The notes under the pieces were generated by a model. That model worked only from the letters and a program-made list of their open reading frames with translations. It had not been told where the DNA came from and ran no database searches. This document shows positions 17,299-29,150 of a stretch of 64,000 nucleotides of DNA, one piece after another (position 1 is the stretch's first letter; each line of letters begins with the position of its first letter). Source of the DNA: an uncultured Spirochaetota bacterium (GTDB lineage: Bacteria; Spirochaetota; Spirochaetia; SZUA-6; Fen-1364). The stretch spans positions 160,001 to 224,000 of the forward strand of contig CAVTHO010000007.1 in assembly GCA_963734545.1 (NCBI GenBank), written 5' to 3'. The position numbers were made by a program, and so were the translations under genes.

Positions 17299-19670
17299 TG
17301 CAGACAGAAAATCCGCGGGATACCGCAATGCCGAGTTCGCCGGATACGGGAGTACCTGTTCGGGGAGTACCCCGTACCGCGGTAGACAGCGAGCACGACG
17401 CCGGCATGAAAACTCCGGCGAAGAAACCGCGGGGTACGGCGCCGAAGAAACCGCGGAGCACGGCGGCGCGCAAGCCACGGCACACACTCCTCATCGTCGA
17501 GTCGCCCGCAAAAGGCAAGACAATCGAGAAGTATCTGGGCAAAGGCTACACCGTGGCGGCCTCCATGGGTCATCTCATCGACCTGCCCAAGTCGCGTCTC
17601 GCTATCGACGTGGAGGACACATTCGAGCCCGAGTACATCACCGTCCGCGGCAAGGCGAAGATCCTCAAGGATCTGAAGCAGCAGGCGAAAAAGGCGGACG
17701 CGATCCTCCTTGCCTCGGATAATGACCGGGAAGGGGAGGCAATCTCCTTCCATCTGAGAAATACGCTGCAGAACGGAACGACCGAGAAAAGCATCCAGCG
17801 CATCACATTCAATGAGATCACTCCCAAGGCCATCCGGGAGGCCGTGGCACATCCTGGCCTCATCGATATGTCCAAGGTCAATGCGCAGAAGGCCCGGCGC
17901 GTTCTGGACAGGCTTGTGGGGTACTATCTCTCACCGCTTCTGTGGAAGAAAGTGAAGAACGGCCTCTCCGCGGGAAGGGTGCAGTCCGTTGCGCTCCGGC
18001 TCATCTGTGAGCGCGAAGCTGAGCTCGAGGCCTTCATCCCTGAAGAGTACTGGAGCCTGGACGCCGAGCTGCGTAAAGGCAAGCACCACTTCATGGCCCA
18101 GCTGGTCGGCATCGCCGGGGCAAAGCCCGCGCTGACGACGGAAAAAGCCACCGGGGAGTGCATCGAAGCTCTGCAGAACATGGCGTTCCGCGTGGCGGAG
18201 GTGAAGATTTCCGAGAAGATCTCCCGGCCCCGGGCCCCCTTCACGACCTCCACCCTGCAGCAGACGGCGGCGAACAGATTCGGCTTCACGGCGCGCAAGA
18301 CCATGCAGATCGCGCAGGGTCTCTACGAAGGGGTGAATATCGGCGCCCAGCGGCTGGGCCTCATCACCTACATGCGCACCGACTCCACGCGTATTGCGGA
18401 GAGTGCGCTCGCCGAGGTGCGGGAATACATCGGGAAGGAATTCCCGGAGGACCTTCCCGAATCGCCCGTCCTGTACGCGGCGGGCAAAGGCGCGCAGGAC
18501 GCCCACGAGGCCATCCGCCCCACCTATGTGACACGCACGCCCACCGAGTTGAAGAAGCACCTGACCTCGGAAGAGTTCCGTCTGTATTCCATCATTTGGG
18601 AGAGGTTCGTTTCCTCGCAGATGTCTCCTTCGAAGGCCAGCACCACGAGCGTGGATTTTTCAGCCGGTGAATACCTCTTCCGTTCATCCAGCACAAAAGT
18701 GGTGGAGAAGGGTTTCCAGAAGGCTCTCTCTCTCCTGGCTTCGAAGGAACAGACCAAGGCGCTTCCCCCGCTGGAGACCGGTGAGGAGGTGGAGCGGGTG
18801 AAGCTCATTCCGGAGCAGCACTTCACCATGGGACCCCCGCGCTTCACGGATGCGACAATCGTGAAAACCCTGGAAGAGAAAGGGATCGGAAGGCCGTCCA
18901 CGTACGCGCCCATCATCTCGGTCCTGCTGGACCGCTACTACGTGGTGCGCAAGGCACGCCAGCTCATTCCGACCATTCTCGGCAAGATCATCAACGACAT
19001 GCTCAGCAAGTCTTTTCCCGAGCTTCTGGACCCCAACTTCACCGCGGCCATGGAGCTTCGTCTGGACGAGGTGGAAGAAGGCAAGACCGAATGGCACGCG
19101 ATGATCCGTGACTTCTACGGTCCATTCCGGGACAAGGTGGCATCGGTCCAGGAGACTCTCGAATCGGTGAAGGGCGTGATGGACGAGCCGACGGACGTCG
19201 TCTGCGACGTGTGCGGAAGGCCCATGGTGAAGAAGCTGGGGCGCTTTGGCTTCTTCATCGCCTGCACGGGATTTCCAGAATGCAAGAACACGAAGCCGGT
19301 GCCGCTGGCGGCCTGTCCCCGGCCGGGCTGCGGCGGGCAGATCGTGGCGCGCAAGAGAAAGCGCGGCAGGGGGCGCGAGTTCTACGGCTGCACCAACTAC
19401 CCGACGTGCGATTTCGTGACGTATTTCAAGCCCACGGACTCCAAATGCCCCAAGTGCGGCTGGTTTCTCGTGGAGAAGGAAGACCGGCAGCGCGGGGCGT
19501 ACAGGACCTGCATCAACCCGTCGTGCGACTACCTGCACAGCAAGGAAATGCCGCTGGGAGCGGCCGGGGAAATGCCCCAGCCGCATCAGCACGCCGGGGG
19601 CGGCCGGCGACGAGGAGGAAGACCCCTCATCAGCAGAGAGAGTGCCCGCGGGGGCAGGAGCCGAAGGTGA
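17295..19670 (+). CDS. topA: DNA topoisomerase I with zinc ribbons; N-terminal repeat extension; 3' tail possibly frameshifted near 19597
   Basis: LIVESPAK, ASDNDREGE, SAGRVQS, LITYMRTDS, QDAHEAIRPT, GIGRPSTYA. Confidence 0.96.
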   Translation: MMQTENPRDTAMPSSPDTGVPVRGVPRTAVDSEHDAGMKTPAKKPRGTAPKKPRSTAARKPRHTLLIVESPAKGKTIEKYLGKGYTVAASMGHLIDLPKSRLAIDVEDTFEPEYITVRGKAKILKDLKQQAKKADAILLASDNDREGEAISFHLRNTLQNGTTEKSIQRITFNEITPKAIREAVAHPGLIDMSKVNAQKARRVLDRLVGYYLSPLLWKKVKNGLSAGRVQSVALRLICEREAELEAFIPEEYWSLDAELRKGKHHFMAQLVGIAGAKPALTTEKATGECIEALQNMAFRVAEVKISEKISRPRAPFTTSTLQQTAANRFGFTARKTMQIAQGLYEGVNIGAQRLGLITYMRTDSTRIAESALAEVREYIGKEFPEDLPESPVLYAAGKGAQDAHEAIRPTYVTRTPTELKKHLTSEEFRLYSIIWERFVSSQMSPSKASTTSVDFSAGEYLFRSSSTKVVEKGFQKALSLLASKEQTKALPPLETGEEVERVKLIPEQHFTMGPPRFTDATIVKTLEEKGIGRPSTYAPIISVLLDRYYVVRKARQLIPTILGKIINDMLSKSFPELLDPNFTAAMELRLDEVEEGKTEWHAMIRDFYGPFRDKVASVQETLESVKGVMDEPTDVVCDVCGRPMVKKLGRFGFFIACTGFPECKNTKPVPLAACPRPGCGGQIVARKRKRGRGREFYGCTNYPTCDFVTYFKPTDSKCPKCGWFLVEKEDRQRGAYRTCINPSCDYLHSKEMPLGAAGEMPQPHQHAGGGRRRGGRPLISRESARGGRSRR
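17310..17468. repeat. Family A degenerate cluster in the TopA N-terminal extension
   Basis: AATCCGCGGGATACCGCAATGCCG (17310), CGGGG-AGTA-CCCCG (17361), and two 24-bp units AAGAAACCGCGGRGYACGGCGSCG (17421, 17445). Confidence 0.75.
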
Positions 19671-20581
19671 AGCGGACGACCACGGTGCGTGAGGACTACC
19701 TGGTCTACCTCGGCGCGGTGCGCAATCTCTCTCCCCACACCCTCGATTCCTACGGCAAGGACCTGGAGAAATACGCGCAGTACCTCAGCGCACGTCAGGT
19801 CGCCCCTGAGCAGGCTGGGATCGCGGATGCGCGCGGATTTGTGAGCTGGCTCACCCGGGAGGGACTCTCCCCGCGGTCGGTCAACAGGATGGTCTCCGGG
19901 GTGCGCGGGTGGTACCGGTTCATGGAGCGCAGAAGCATCGTCGACTCGAATCCCTTCGCCGAGATACGCAGTCTTCGCACCGAGAAACGACTGCCCTCGT
20001 TTCTTTTCGAAGAGGAGATGGCGCGGTTGATCGAGATGCCCAGCCGCGAACCGTGCGCGGACGGGGACGCGTTCTGGAAACTCCGGGACAGGGCCGTGCT
20101 GGAGACCCTGTATTCGACCGGCTGCCGAATCTCGGAGCTCGTCTCCCTGGACCTCGCCGACGTGGACCTGAAGAATCACACCGCCCGCGTGATGGGGAAG
20201 GGGTCGAAGGAGCGCAACGTGTTTCTCGGTCCGGCGGCAATCGGCGCGCTCCGTGACTACATGGCGCGCCGTCGGTTCCATGCGCAGAAGGCCGACGCCC
20301 TGCGGGCCCTCTTCATCAACCAGCGAGGCGGAAGGATTACGGACAGGGGCGTGCGCTTCATTCTCAGCGAATACCTCTCGAGGGCAAACCTGGGAAAAAG
20401 GGTGACGCCGCACACATTCCGACATTCCTTTGCCACGCACCTTCTTGACAGGGGCGCCGACATAAGGGCCGTGCAGGAGCTGCTCGGTCACGCCAGCCTT
20501 TCCACCACGCAAGTGTATACCCACGTGGGCATGGAGAAGCTGAAAAAGGTCTACAGGAGGGCTCATCCCCATGCAACGTGA
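19667..20581 (+). CDS. xerC: Tyrosine recombinase XerC
   Basis: [60 protein letters not shown]. Confidence 0.9.
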   Translation: MKRTTTVREDYLVYLGAVRNLSPHTLDSYGKDLEKYAQYLSARQVAPEQAGIADARGFVSWLTREGLSPRSVNRMVSGVRGWYRFMERRSIVDSNPFAEIRSLRTEKRLPSFLFEEEMARLIEMPSREPCADGDAFWKLRDRAVLETLYSTGCRISELVSLDLADVDLKNHTARVMGKGSKERNVFLGPAAIGALRDYMARRRFHAQKADALRALFINQRGGRITDRGVRFILSEYLSRANLGKRVTPHTFRHSFATHLLDRGADIRAVQELLGHASLSTTQVYTHVGMEKLKKVYRRAHPHAT

Positions 20582-21109
20582 GAGGATTCGGGGCACGACC
20601 GTGGTCGCCGTGCGAAGGGGAGACAAGGTTGCCATGGCCGGCGACGGACAGGTGACCATGGGCAACACGGTCATGAAATCGAACGCCAGGAAAATCAGGA
20701 AGATCTACGACGGGAAGATCCTCGTCGGTTTCGCCGGCGCCACCGCGGATGCCTTCACGCTGTTCGAGCGGTTCGAGGGAAAAGTGAAGGAGTATGGCGG
20801 CGACATCACCCGCGCGGCGGTGGAGCTTGCCAAGGACTGGCGCACGGACCGGATCCTTCGGCGGCTGGAGGCGCTGCTGCTCGTGGCGGACCGGCGGGCG
20901 ACATTCCTCATCTCGGGCACCGGGGACGTCGTCGAGCCGGATGAGGGAGTGATTGCCATCGGTTCAGGCGGCAGCTACGCGTACGCAGCGGCGCGCGCGT
21001 ACCTGGAAGCCTCCGAGCTCAGCGCGCACGACATCGCGGAAAAATCGCTGCGTATCGCGGCGGAGATCTGCATCTACACCAATTCGGTGATACTCGTGGA
21101 GGAGCTGGC

Positions 21110-21113
<4 letters not shown>
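20571..21113 (+). CDS. hslV: ATP-dependent protease subunit HslV
   Basis: [41 protein letters not shown]. Confidence 0.97.
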
Positions 21114-22536
<1,423 letters not shown>

Positions 22537-22548
22537 GAAGCAGGCGGT

Positions 22549-22575
22549 TCAGGAGGGCTGAAAAGAGGCCGAAAA
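22549..22575 (+). promoter_or_regulatory. Putative sigma28 (FliA) promoter upstream of flgB
   Basis: TCAG-N15-GCCGAAAA versus consensus TAAA-N15-GCCGATAA. Confidence 0.5.
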
Positions 22576-22602
22576 TGGAAGGGAAATGAGAGGACGGGCA
22601 GA

Positions 22603-23022
22603 ATGACATTTTCAGGGGCCTTTGGACGGAATCTGGAGATTCTCGCACGCGAAATGGGGGTGAGCACGCTCCGCAGGAACGTGATCGCCAACAATATCGC
22701 CAACGCCGGCACGCCGAATTTCAAGCGGAGCGACGTGAACTTCGAAAGCCAGCTCAAGCGGGCGCTGGACTCCGAAAGGCGGGTCTCGGATTTTCCCCAG
22801 TTCATCACGAACCCGAGGCACATCGCGTTCGACAAGCCGATGGACTGGCGGGAGGTAAGGCCGCGCAGGGTTCTGGACTACCTGACGGAGGCCAAGAACA
22901 ACGGGAACAACGTGGACATCGAGCAGGAAGGCATGGATTCCCTGAACAACCAGCTCCTGTACACCACGCTCGCGCAGGTGATTTCCAGCGAATTCCAGCG
23001 CGTCAACCTCGTGCTGAGATAG
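22603..23022 (+). CDS. flgB: Flagellar rod protein FlgB
   Basis: IANNIANAGTPNFKRSDV, NGNNVDIE. Confidence 0.95.
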   Translation: MTFSGAFGRNLEILAREMGVSTLRRNVIANNIANAGTPNFKRSDVNFESQLKRALDSERRVSDFPQFITNPRHIAFDKPMDWREVRPRRVLDYLTEAKNNGNNVDIEQEGMDSLNNQLLYTTLAQVISSEFQRVNLVLR

Positions 23023-23035
23023 AAGGTAAACGCAG

Positions 23036-23494
23036 ATGGGCATGTTCAGCAGCATCAACATAGCAGGATCAGGGCTCACGGCGGAGAGGCTCCGGCTGGA
23101 TGTCATCGCCGACAACATCGCCAACGTCAACACCACGCGCACGACGGAGGGCGGACCGTTCCGCCGCAGCCGCGTCGTCTTCGCCTCCCGGGTGGAACAG
23201 CCCTACTGGCGAAGCCCCTTCCTGCCCCGTTACCTCCAGGACGCGGTGGGCCAGGGGGTGCGCGTCAAGTCCGTGCAGAAGGATTATGCGGCCGAGACCC
23301 GGCTCGTGTACGATCCGACGCACCCGGACGCCATAAAGACCGGGCCGAAGGCGGGGTACGTCGAGTACCCGAATGTCAACATCGTGAACGAAATGGTGGA
23401 CATGATCGAAGCGAACAGAGCGTACGAGGCCAACTCCGCGGTGATCGCCGGAACAAAGGCCATGTTCCTCAAAGCGCTCGAGATCGGGAGGTAG
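23036..23494 (+). CDS. flgC: Flagellar rod protein FlgC
   Basis: GLTAERLRLDVIADNIAN, YDPTHPDA, PNVNIVNEMVDMI. Confidence 0.96.
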   Translation: MGMFSSINIAGSGLTAERLRLDVIADNIANVNTTRTTEGGPFRRSRVVFASRVEQPYWRSPFLPRYLQDAVGQGVRVKSVQKDYAAETRLVYDPTHPDAIKTGPKAGYVEYPNVNIVNEMVDMIEANRAYEANSAVIAGTKAMFLKALEIGR

Positions 23495-23497
23495 TGA

Positions 23498-23836
23498 ATG
23501 GGACCCATGGATCCGGTTCAGGCAACGGGAGACGTGGTAAAGCTCGCGCGGACCAACCCCCTGCATTTCGCGGGCGCCGGTGAAGCCGCGGCCGGTGCGG
23601 CGCGCGGGGATACCGAGCAGAAGTTCGGCACGCTGCTGATGGGCGCGCTGGGCAGCGTGAACAACAGCCAGCTGAAGGCCATGGATCTTTCCAAGGCAAT
23701 GGTGACTGATCCCAACTCGGTGAACGTGGAAGATGTGACCATCGCGCTTGCGGACGCCAACCTGGCGCTCTCGATGACCAAGGCCATCGTGGACCGCGCC
23801 TTGGCGGCTTACAGGGAAATAATCAACGTAAGGTAG
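23498..23836 (+). CDS. fliE: Hook-basal body protein FliE
   Basis: C-terminal DVTIAL...ALAAYREIINVR; position between flgC and fliF. Confidence 0.9.
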   Translation: MGPMDPVQATGDVVKLARTNPLHFAGAGEAAAGAARGDTEQKFGTLLMGALGSVNNSQLKAMDLSKAMVTDPNSVNVEDVTIALADANLALSMTKAIVDRALAAYREIINVR

Positions 23837-23856
23837 TTGGACAAAGGGGCGGAAAT

Positions 23857-23874
23857 GCCACGGAATACCGTGGC
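23857..23874. repeat. Family A core hairpin with a compensatory change, intergenic
   Basis: GCCACGG-AATA-CCGTGGC preceded by AAT, versus AAT-CCGCGG-AGTA-CCGCGG. Confidence 0.6.
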
Positions 23875-23895
23875 CGGGCATGACGGGGAGGGGAC

Positions 23896-25596
23896 ATGAA
23901 CGAGTGGTTGAAGAGGATCCGTGAGCAGCTTGCGGGGCTGTGGTCACGCTGGAACGGGACGCAGAAGATAATCCTGTTCTCGATTATCGGCGCGAGCATT
24001 CTCGCGATCATTCTGCTCTTCGCGCTCAGCGCGACTCCGGCCATGGTGCCGCTCATCACCAATCCGGTCACGGACACGGACGCGCGGCTCCAGATAGCGG
24101 CCAAGCTGGACCAGATGCAGGTCAAATACCAGCTGCGGACGGATAACGTCTTTTACGTTGCCGACGAACAGACGGCCCGCCGTGTCAGGGTCGTCCTGAA
24201 CGAGGAGAATCTCATTCCCAAGGGGACGGATCCGTGGGCCCTCTTCGACATGGAACGGTGGACGACCACCGATTTCGAGCGGGACGTGAACCTGCAAAGA
24301 GCCGTGACGAAACAGCTCGAGCAGCACATCATGGCCCTGGACGACGTGGACAATGTCAGCGTCACCCTGGTGGTGCCCAAGACGGAGCTGTTCCAGGCCG
24401 ATCAGAAGCCCACCAGCGCATCGATCATCCTCACCCCCAAGCCCGGCTCGGACATCTCGGCCAACCGCAAGAAGATCGAGGGCGTGCAGAGGCTCATCAA
24501 GATGGCCGTTGCCGGTCTCCAGGACGAGAATATCGTCATCACGGACCAGACGGGCATACAGATAAATGACTTCACGGGCCTCGCCCAGATGGACCGGCTG
24601 GAGCTGGCCAAGCGGGAGCTCAAGGTCAAGCAGGACCTGGAGCAGAAGTACAACGCGGAAATCACCAAGGCCCTGGCAGATATCTTCAACCCGGACAGGG
24701 TGCGGATCCTCAAGATCGACATCAAGCTCGACATGAGCAAGGAAAACTCCACGTCCAAGGAGTTTTCCCCCATCGCGGTGGTGCCTGCCACCCGGTACGC
24801 GCCCGCCCAATACGCGCCCTCCATCGCCCGTTCCACCCAGAATATCGAGGAGCATTTCCAGGGCTCCGGGTTCAATCCCGAGGGGCCTGCCGGCGTGGAG
24901 GGCCAGACCCCTCCCGCGTACAAGGACCTGTCGAATCTCGTCGGCAAGTACGACAAGACCTCGCAGACCACCAACAATGAGATCAACGAGAAGACGACCA
25001 CCTCGGAAAAGCAGCCCTGGGAGATCAGGAGAATCACGACGGGTGTCGCCATCGACGGCGTCTGGAAAGAGAAGTATGATAAGAGTGGGAGAGTGATGCT
25101 GAACCCGGACGGCAGCATCCAGAGGGACTATACGGCGGTAAGCGATGACGACCTGGCGAAGGCCAAGTCGCTGATCCAGGGCGCCATCGGATTCGACCGG
25201 GATCGAGGCGACGTGGCGGAAGTGCAGACGCTCCAGTTCGACCGCACCCTCCAGTTCGAGAAGGAGGACGGCGTGTACCGCAAGCAGATGGCGGTGCGCC
25301 GTACGATATACGCGGTCCTCATCGGCCTGGGCGCTCTGCTTGTCCTCGTGCTCGCCTACCGGCTGATCGCCAAGGAGCTCGAGCGGCGGAGGAGGCTGCG
25401 GGAAGAGGAGCTGGCCCGGCAGCATCAGGCGATGCGCGAGGCGGCACTCAGAACCGCGGAGGAGCAGGGTGTGGATGTGGAGCTGTCGGTGGAGGACAGG
25501 GCGCGACTGGAGATGCAGGAGAACGCGTCAAACATGGCGCGCGAGCATCCCGAGGATGTTGCCCAGCTCATCCGCACCTGGCTGGTAGAGGAGTAA
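23896..25596 (+). CDS. fliF: MS-ring protein FliF
   Basis: Two TM helices, TTTDFERDVNLQRA, C-terminal PEDVAQLIRTWL. Confidence 0.95.
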   Translation: MNEWLKRIREQLAGLWSRWNGTQKIILFSIIGASILAIILLFALSATPAMVPLITNPVTDTDARLQIAAKLDQMQVKYQLRTDNVFYVADEQTARRVRVVLNEENLIPKGTDPWALFDMERWTTTDFERDVNLQRAVTKQLEQHIMALDDVDNVSVTLVVPKTELFQADQKPTSASIILTPKPGSDISANRKKIEGVQRLIKMAVAGLQDENIVITDQTGIQINDFTGLAQMDRLELAKRELKVKQDLEQKYNAEITKALADIFNPDRVRILKIDIKLDMSKENSTSKEFSPIAVVPATRYAPAQYAPSIARSTQNIEEHFQGSGFNPEGPAGVEGQTPPAYKDLSNLVGKYDKTSQTTNNEINEKTTTSEKQPWEIRRITTGVAIDGVWKEKYDKSGRVMLNPDGSIQRDYTAVSDDDLAKAKSLIQGAIGFDRDRGDVAEVQTLQFDRTLQFEKEDGVYRKQMAVRRTIYAVLIGLGALLVLVLAYRLIAKELERRRRLREEELARQHQAMREAALRTAEEQGVDVELSVEDRARLEMQENASNMAREHPEDVAQLIRTWLVEE

Positions 25597-25599
25597 GAT

Positions 25600-26724
25600 A
25601 TGGCAAAGATGGGGAGGGCGGCTCCTGCTCCCGCAAGGGAGAGACCCGGTGCGGCGGAGGAAAAAGCCCCCGCGGCGGGGATGACACCGAGCAAACGCGA
25701 AGGCAAAGGCGCCGGCGCCCACAAGAAGGCTCTCACCGGTCGGCAGAAAGCGGCCGTGTTCCTGGTCACGCTGGGATCCGAGGTCGCCTCCGAGATATTC
25801 AAGCACCTGCGTGAGGACGAGATAGAGCAGCTCACCTTCGAGATCGCGCGCCTGGAGAGCATCGAGCCCCAGGAGCGCGACCTGGTGCTGATGGAGTTCC
25901 ACGAGCTGATGATGGCCCAGGAGTTCATCTCCACGGGCGGCATCGACTATGCCCGCGAGCTGCTGGAAAAATCCCTGGGCACTCAGAAGGCGGTGGACAT
26001 CATCAACAGGCTCACCAGCAGCCTGCAGGTGAGGCCTTTCGACTTCATCCGCCGCACCGATCCGTCGCACCTGCTGAACTTCATCCAGCAGGAGCACCCG
26101 CAGACCATTGCGCTGATCCTCGCGTACCTGGAGCCGCAGAAGGCCTCCGTGATCCTCGGCAGCCTCCCGCACGAGATCCAGTCGGACGTGGCCAAACGGA
26201 TCGCCACGATGGACCGGACCTCGCCCGAGGTCCTCCGCGAGGTGGAAAGGGTTCTGGAGAAGAAGCTCTCCACCCTCTCTTCAGAAGACTACACCGCCGC
26301 GGGCGGCGTGGAGAGCATCGTGGAGATCCTCAACATGGTGGACCGCTCGACGGAAAAGACCATCGTGGAGTCTCTCGAAGAAGACGATCCCGAGCTCGCG
26401 GAAGAGATCAAGAAGCGTATGTTCGTGTTCGAGGACATCGTGCTCCTCGACGACCGCGCCATCCAGAAAGTCATGCGCGAGGTGGACACGGCGGAGCTGG
26501 CCAAGGCCCTCAAGAGCGTGGACTCCGAGGTGCAGGACAAGATCTACCGCAACATGTCGAAGCGCGCATCGACGCTTCTGAAGGAAGACATGGACTACAT
26601 GGGCCCCATCCGGTTGAAGGACGTGGAAGAGGCGCAGCAGAGGATCGTGGCCATCATCAGGAAGCTGGAAGAGCAGGGCGAAATCGTGGTTGCCCGGGCC
26701 GGCGAGGAAGAGCTGGTCGTATGA
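25600..26724 (+). CDS. fliG: Motor switch protein FliG
   Basis: LTGRQKAAV, GGIDYA, EHPQTIALIL, MFVFED, RLKDVEEAQ. Confidence 0.97.
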   Translation: MAKMGRAAPAPARERPGAAEEKAPAAGMTPSKREGKGAGAHKKALTGRQKAAVFLVTLGSEVASEIFKHLREDEIEQLTFEIARLESIEPQERDLVLMEFHELMMAQEFISTGGIDYARELLEKSLGTQKAVDIINRLTSSLQVRPFDFIRRTDPSHLLNFIQQEHPQTIALILAYLEPQKASVILGSLPHEIQSDVAKRIATMDRTSPEVLREVERVLEKKLSTLSSEDYTAAGGVESIVEILNMVDRSTEKTIVESLEEDDPELAEEIKKRMFVFEDIVLLDDRAIQKVMREVDTAELAKALKSVDSEVQDKIYRNMSKRASTLLKEDMDYMGPIRLKDVEEAQQRIVAIIRKLEEQGEIVVARAGEEELVV

Positions 26725-26739
26725 GGACCGCAGGTCATC

Positions 26740-26824
26740 ATACGACGAAGGCGGCAGGTGGCTCGCGAAGCGAGACACCGAGAGCCTCGTTGTTTAGGCC
26801 CGAAGGGCCTCAACAGAGTCGTGT
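26740..26824. repeat. Branched intergenic hairpin element with two GAA triloops
   Basis: ATACGAC/GTCGTGT closing stem; CTCGC-GAA-GCGAG (26762-26774); AGGCCC-GAA-GGGCCT (26796-26810). Confidence 0.75.
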
Positions 26825-26855
26825 AGCGCGGCGGGCTGGATAGAGGAGATCGGAC

Positions 26856-27776
26856 TTGGCGAAGAATGTATTCAAGCCGCAGGAGATCATGTACCTCTCC
26901 CGGAAGGTCTTCATCGAGCCTCCCAAAATCGTGGCGGAAGAGCCGGTCGAAGAGGTGGAGGCCGTCGAGGAGACCAGAGGGGAGTTCACCGGTCCGACCG
27001 TGGAGGACATCCGGCGGGAAGCGGAACGCTTCCGCAAGGACTGGGAAAAAGAGAAAGAGCGCCTCCTGAACCAGGCCCAGGCAGAGGCGGACAAGATCCG
27101 CAAGGATGCCGAGAAGGTGGCATTCGACGAGGTCAAGCGGAAGAACAACCAGGCGCAGAAGATCCGCCAGGAAGCGGAGGACCAGGCGCAGGTGATTCTT
27201 GCCGAGTCCCGGCAGAGGGCCGCGGACCTGGAATCGGACATCAAGCAGCGTGTGACGCAGACCGAGCGGGAGGCATACGAGCGCGGCTACGCGGACGGCC
27301 ACGCAAAGGGGTATGACGAGGGCCGCGCGGAAGTCGAGCGGCTCGTGGAGAGCCTGCATGCGATCATCACCAAGGCCATCGAGAAGAGAAACGAGATCAT
27401 CGAGGAAGCCGAGACCCAGATCATCAACCTTGTGCTCCTCATCGTGAAGAAGGTCATCAAGGTCATCTCCGAGAATCAGAAGAATGTCGTCATCAACAAC
27501 GTGGTGCAGGCGCTGCGCAAGCTCAAGAGCCGGGGGGACGTCGTGATCCGCGTCAATCTGGCCGACCTGGAGCTCACTTCAGAGCACGTGAAGGACTTCA
27601 TGAAAATGGTGGAGAACGTCAAGTCGATCACCGTCCTGGAAGACTCTTCCGTGGACAGGGGGGGGTGCATCATCGAGACAGACTTCGGCCAGATCGACGC
27701 CCGCATCTCGTCGCAGCTGCACGAGATCGAGGAGCGCATCCTCGAGCTCATGCCCATCCGATCCAAGGGCGAGTAG
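26856..27776 (+). CDS. fliH: Flagellar assembly protein FliH
   Basis: GxxxG repeats (AYERGYADGHAKGYDEG), GGCIIETDFGQIDARI. Confidence 0.94.
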   Translation: MAKNVFKPQEIMYLSRKVFIEPPKIVAEEPVEEVEAVEETRGEFTGPTVEDIRREAERFRKDWEKEKERLLNQAQAEADKIRKDAEKVAFDEVKRKNNQAQKIRQEAEDQAQVILAESRQRAADLESDIKQRVTQTEREAYERGYADGHAKGYDEGRAEVERLVESLHAIITKAIEKRNEIIEEAETQIINLVLLIVKKVIKVISENQKNVVINNVVQALRKLKSRGDVVIRVNLADLELTSEHVKDFMKMVENVKSITVLEDSSVDRGGCIIETDFGQIDARISSQLHEIEERILELMPIRSKGE

Positions 27777-27788
27777 GGAGGCCGGGCA

Positions 27789-29150
27789 GTGGGAGTATTC
27801 GACAAGTACACCGCGGTGCTGGAAAACCTGGATCCCATCAAGTTTACCGGGGCGGTCGAGCGCGTGCAGGGCCTTCTCATCGAGAGCAATGGTCCATCCG
27901 CGCAGGTGGGGGAGCTCTGCCAGATCCTCGTGCCCAAGGGCAGGGGCGCCGTGTGGGCGGAGGTGGTGGGGCTGCGCGGCAAGACCGTGCAGCTCATGCC
28001 CTACGACGAAATGGAAGGAATCGAGATCGGAAATCTCGTCATCGGGATGGGGGAAACCCTCCGTGTTGCCGTGTCGGACAAGCTTCTGGGCCGGACTCTG
28101 GACTCGATGGGAAAACCCATCGACGGAAAAGGCGATATAGGCTCAGAGGAGTGGTACTCGGCATTCAATACCCCTCCTGACGTGCTGAAGCGGAAGCGGA
28201 TACGCGAGATTCTCGCCACCGGCGTGCGCTCGATCGATTCCCTCCTCACGGTGGGCAAAGGCCAGCGCATGGGGATTTTTTCAGGGAGCGGCATCGGAAA
28301 GTCGACCCTTCTCGGAATGATCGCGCGCAATACGTCGGCCGACGTGAACGTCATCGCTCTCATTGGAGAGCGTGGCCGTGAGGTACGGGAGTTCATCGAG
28401 AACGACCTCGGGCCGGAAGGCCTCGCCCGGTCCGTGATCGTTGTCTCATCCTCCAACAAGCCGCCCCTTGCCAGGATCCGCGGCGCGTACGTGGCCACCG
28501 CCATCGCGGAGTATTTCCGAGACAGGGGCAAGGACGTGATGCTTCTCTTCGATTCCGTGACCCGGTTTGCGCGCGCGCAGCGCGAGATCGGGCTTGCCAT
28601 CGGCGAGCCCCCCGCGAACAGGGGCTTCACGCCCTCGGTGTTTTCCCTGCTTCCCAAGCTCCTGGAGCGGAGCGGCACATCGGACCGGGGCAGCATCACC
28701 GGGTTCTACACGATTCTGGTGGAAGGCGATGATATCGACGATCCGGTGTCCGACAACGTACGGGGCATCCTGGATGGACATATCGTGCTCACCCGCAAGC
28801 TGGCCAGCCGCAACCACTACCCGGCGGTGGACGTGCTGCAGTCGATCTCGAGGCTTGCCGTCATAGTGGCGGATCCCCGCACCCGGGAGGCCTGCGGCTA
28901 CATCCGGAGGCTCCTCGCCACCTACTACGGCGCGGAGGACCTTATCAGCGTGGGCGCATACGTCAAGGGCAGCAATCCGGAAATAGACGAGTCCATCGAC
29001 AAGTTTGCCGCCATCGAGCAATTCCTGATCCAGCGGGTGGAAGAGAAAGCCCCGCTGGCGGAAACGCTCCGAATGGCGGCGCAAATCGCGGGAATGGAAG
29101 TCCCCGAGGAGGAGCGGGCAAAGGATGCGGCGGTTCCAGTTCAGGCTTGA
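27789..29150 (+). CDS. fliI: Flagellar export ATPase FliI
   Basis: GSGIGKST, IGERGREV, DSVTRFARAQREIG, LDGHIVL. Confidence 0.97.
   Translation: MGVFDKYTAVLENLDPIKFTGAVERVQGLLIESNGPSAQVGELCQILVPKGRGAVWAEVVGLRGKTVQLMPYDEMEGIEIGNLVIGMGETLRVAVSDKLLGRTLDSMGKPIDGKGDIGSEEWYSAFNTPPDVLKRKRIREILATGVRSIDSLLTVGKGQRMGIFSGSGIGKSTLLGMIARNTSADVNVIALIGERGREVREFIENDLGPEGLARSVIVVSSSNKPPLARIRGAYVATAIAEYFRDRGKDVMLLFDSVTRFARAQREIGLAIGEPPANRGFTPSVFSLLPKLLERSGTSDRGSITGFYTILVEGDDIDDPVSDNVRGILDGHIVLTRKLASRNHYPAVDVLQSISRLAVIVADPRTREACGYIRRLLATYYGAEDLISVGAYVKGSNPEIDESIDKFAAIEQFLIQRVEEKAPLAETLRMAAQIAGMEVPEEERAKDAAVPVQA

Noticed and set aside
15299-20581. Two tyrosine recombinases as a prophage or integrative element
   Set aside because: They have XerD/XerC motifs and sit in the usual spirochaete ftsZ-xerD-dprA-topA-xerC context, with no cargo or att sites
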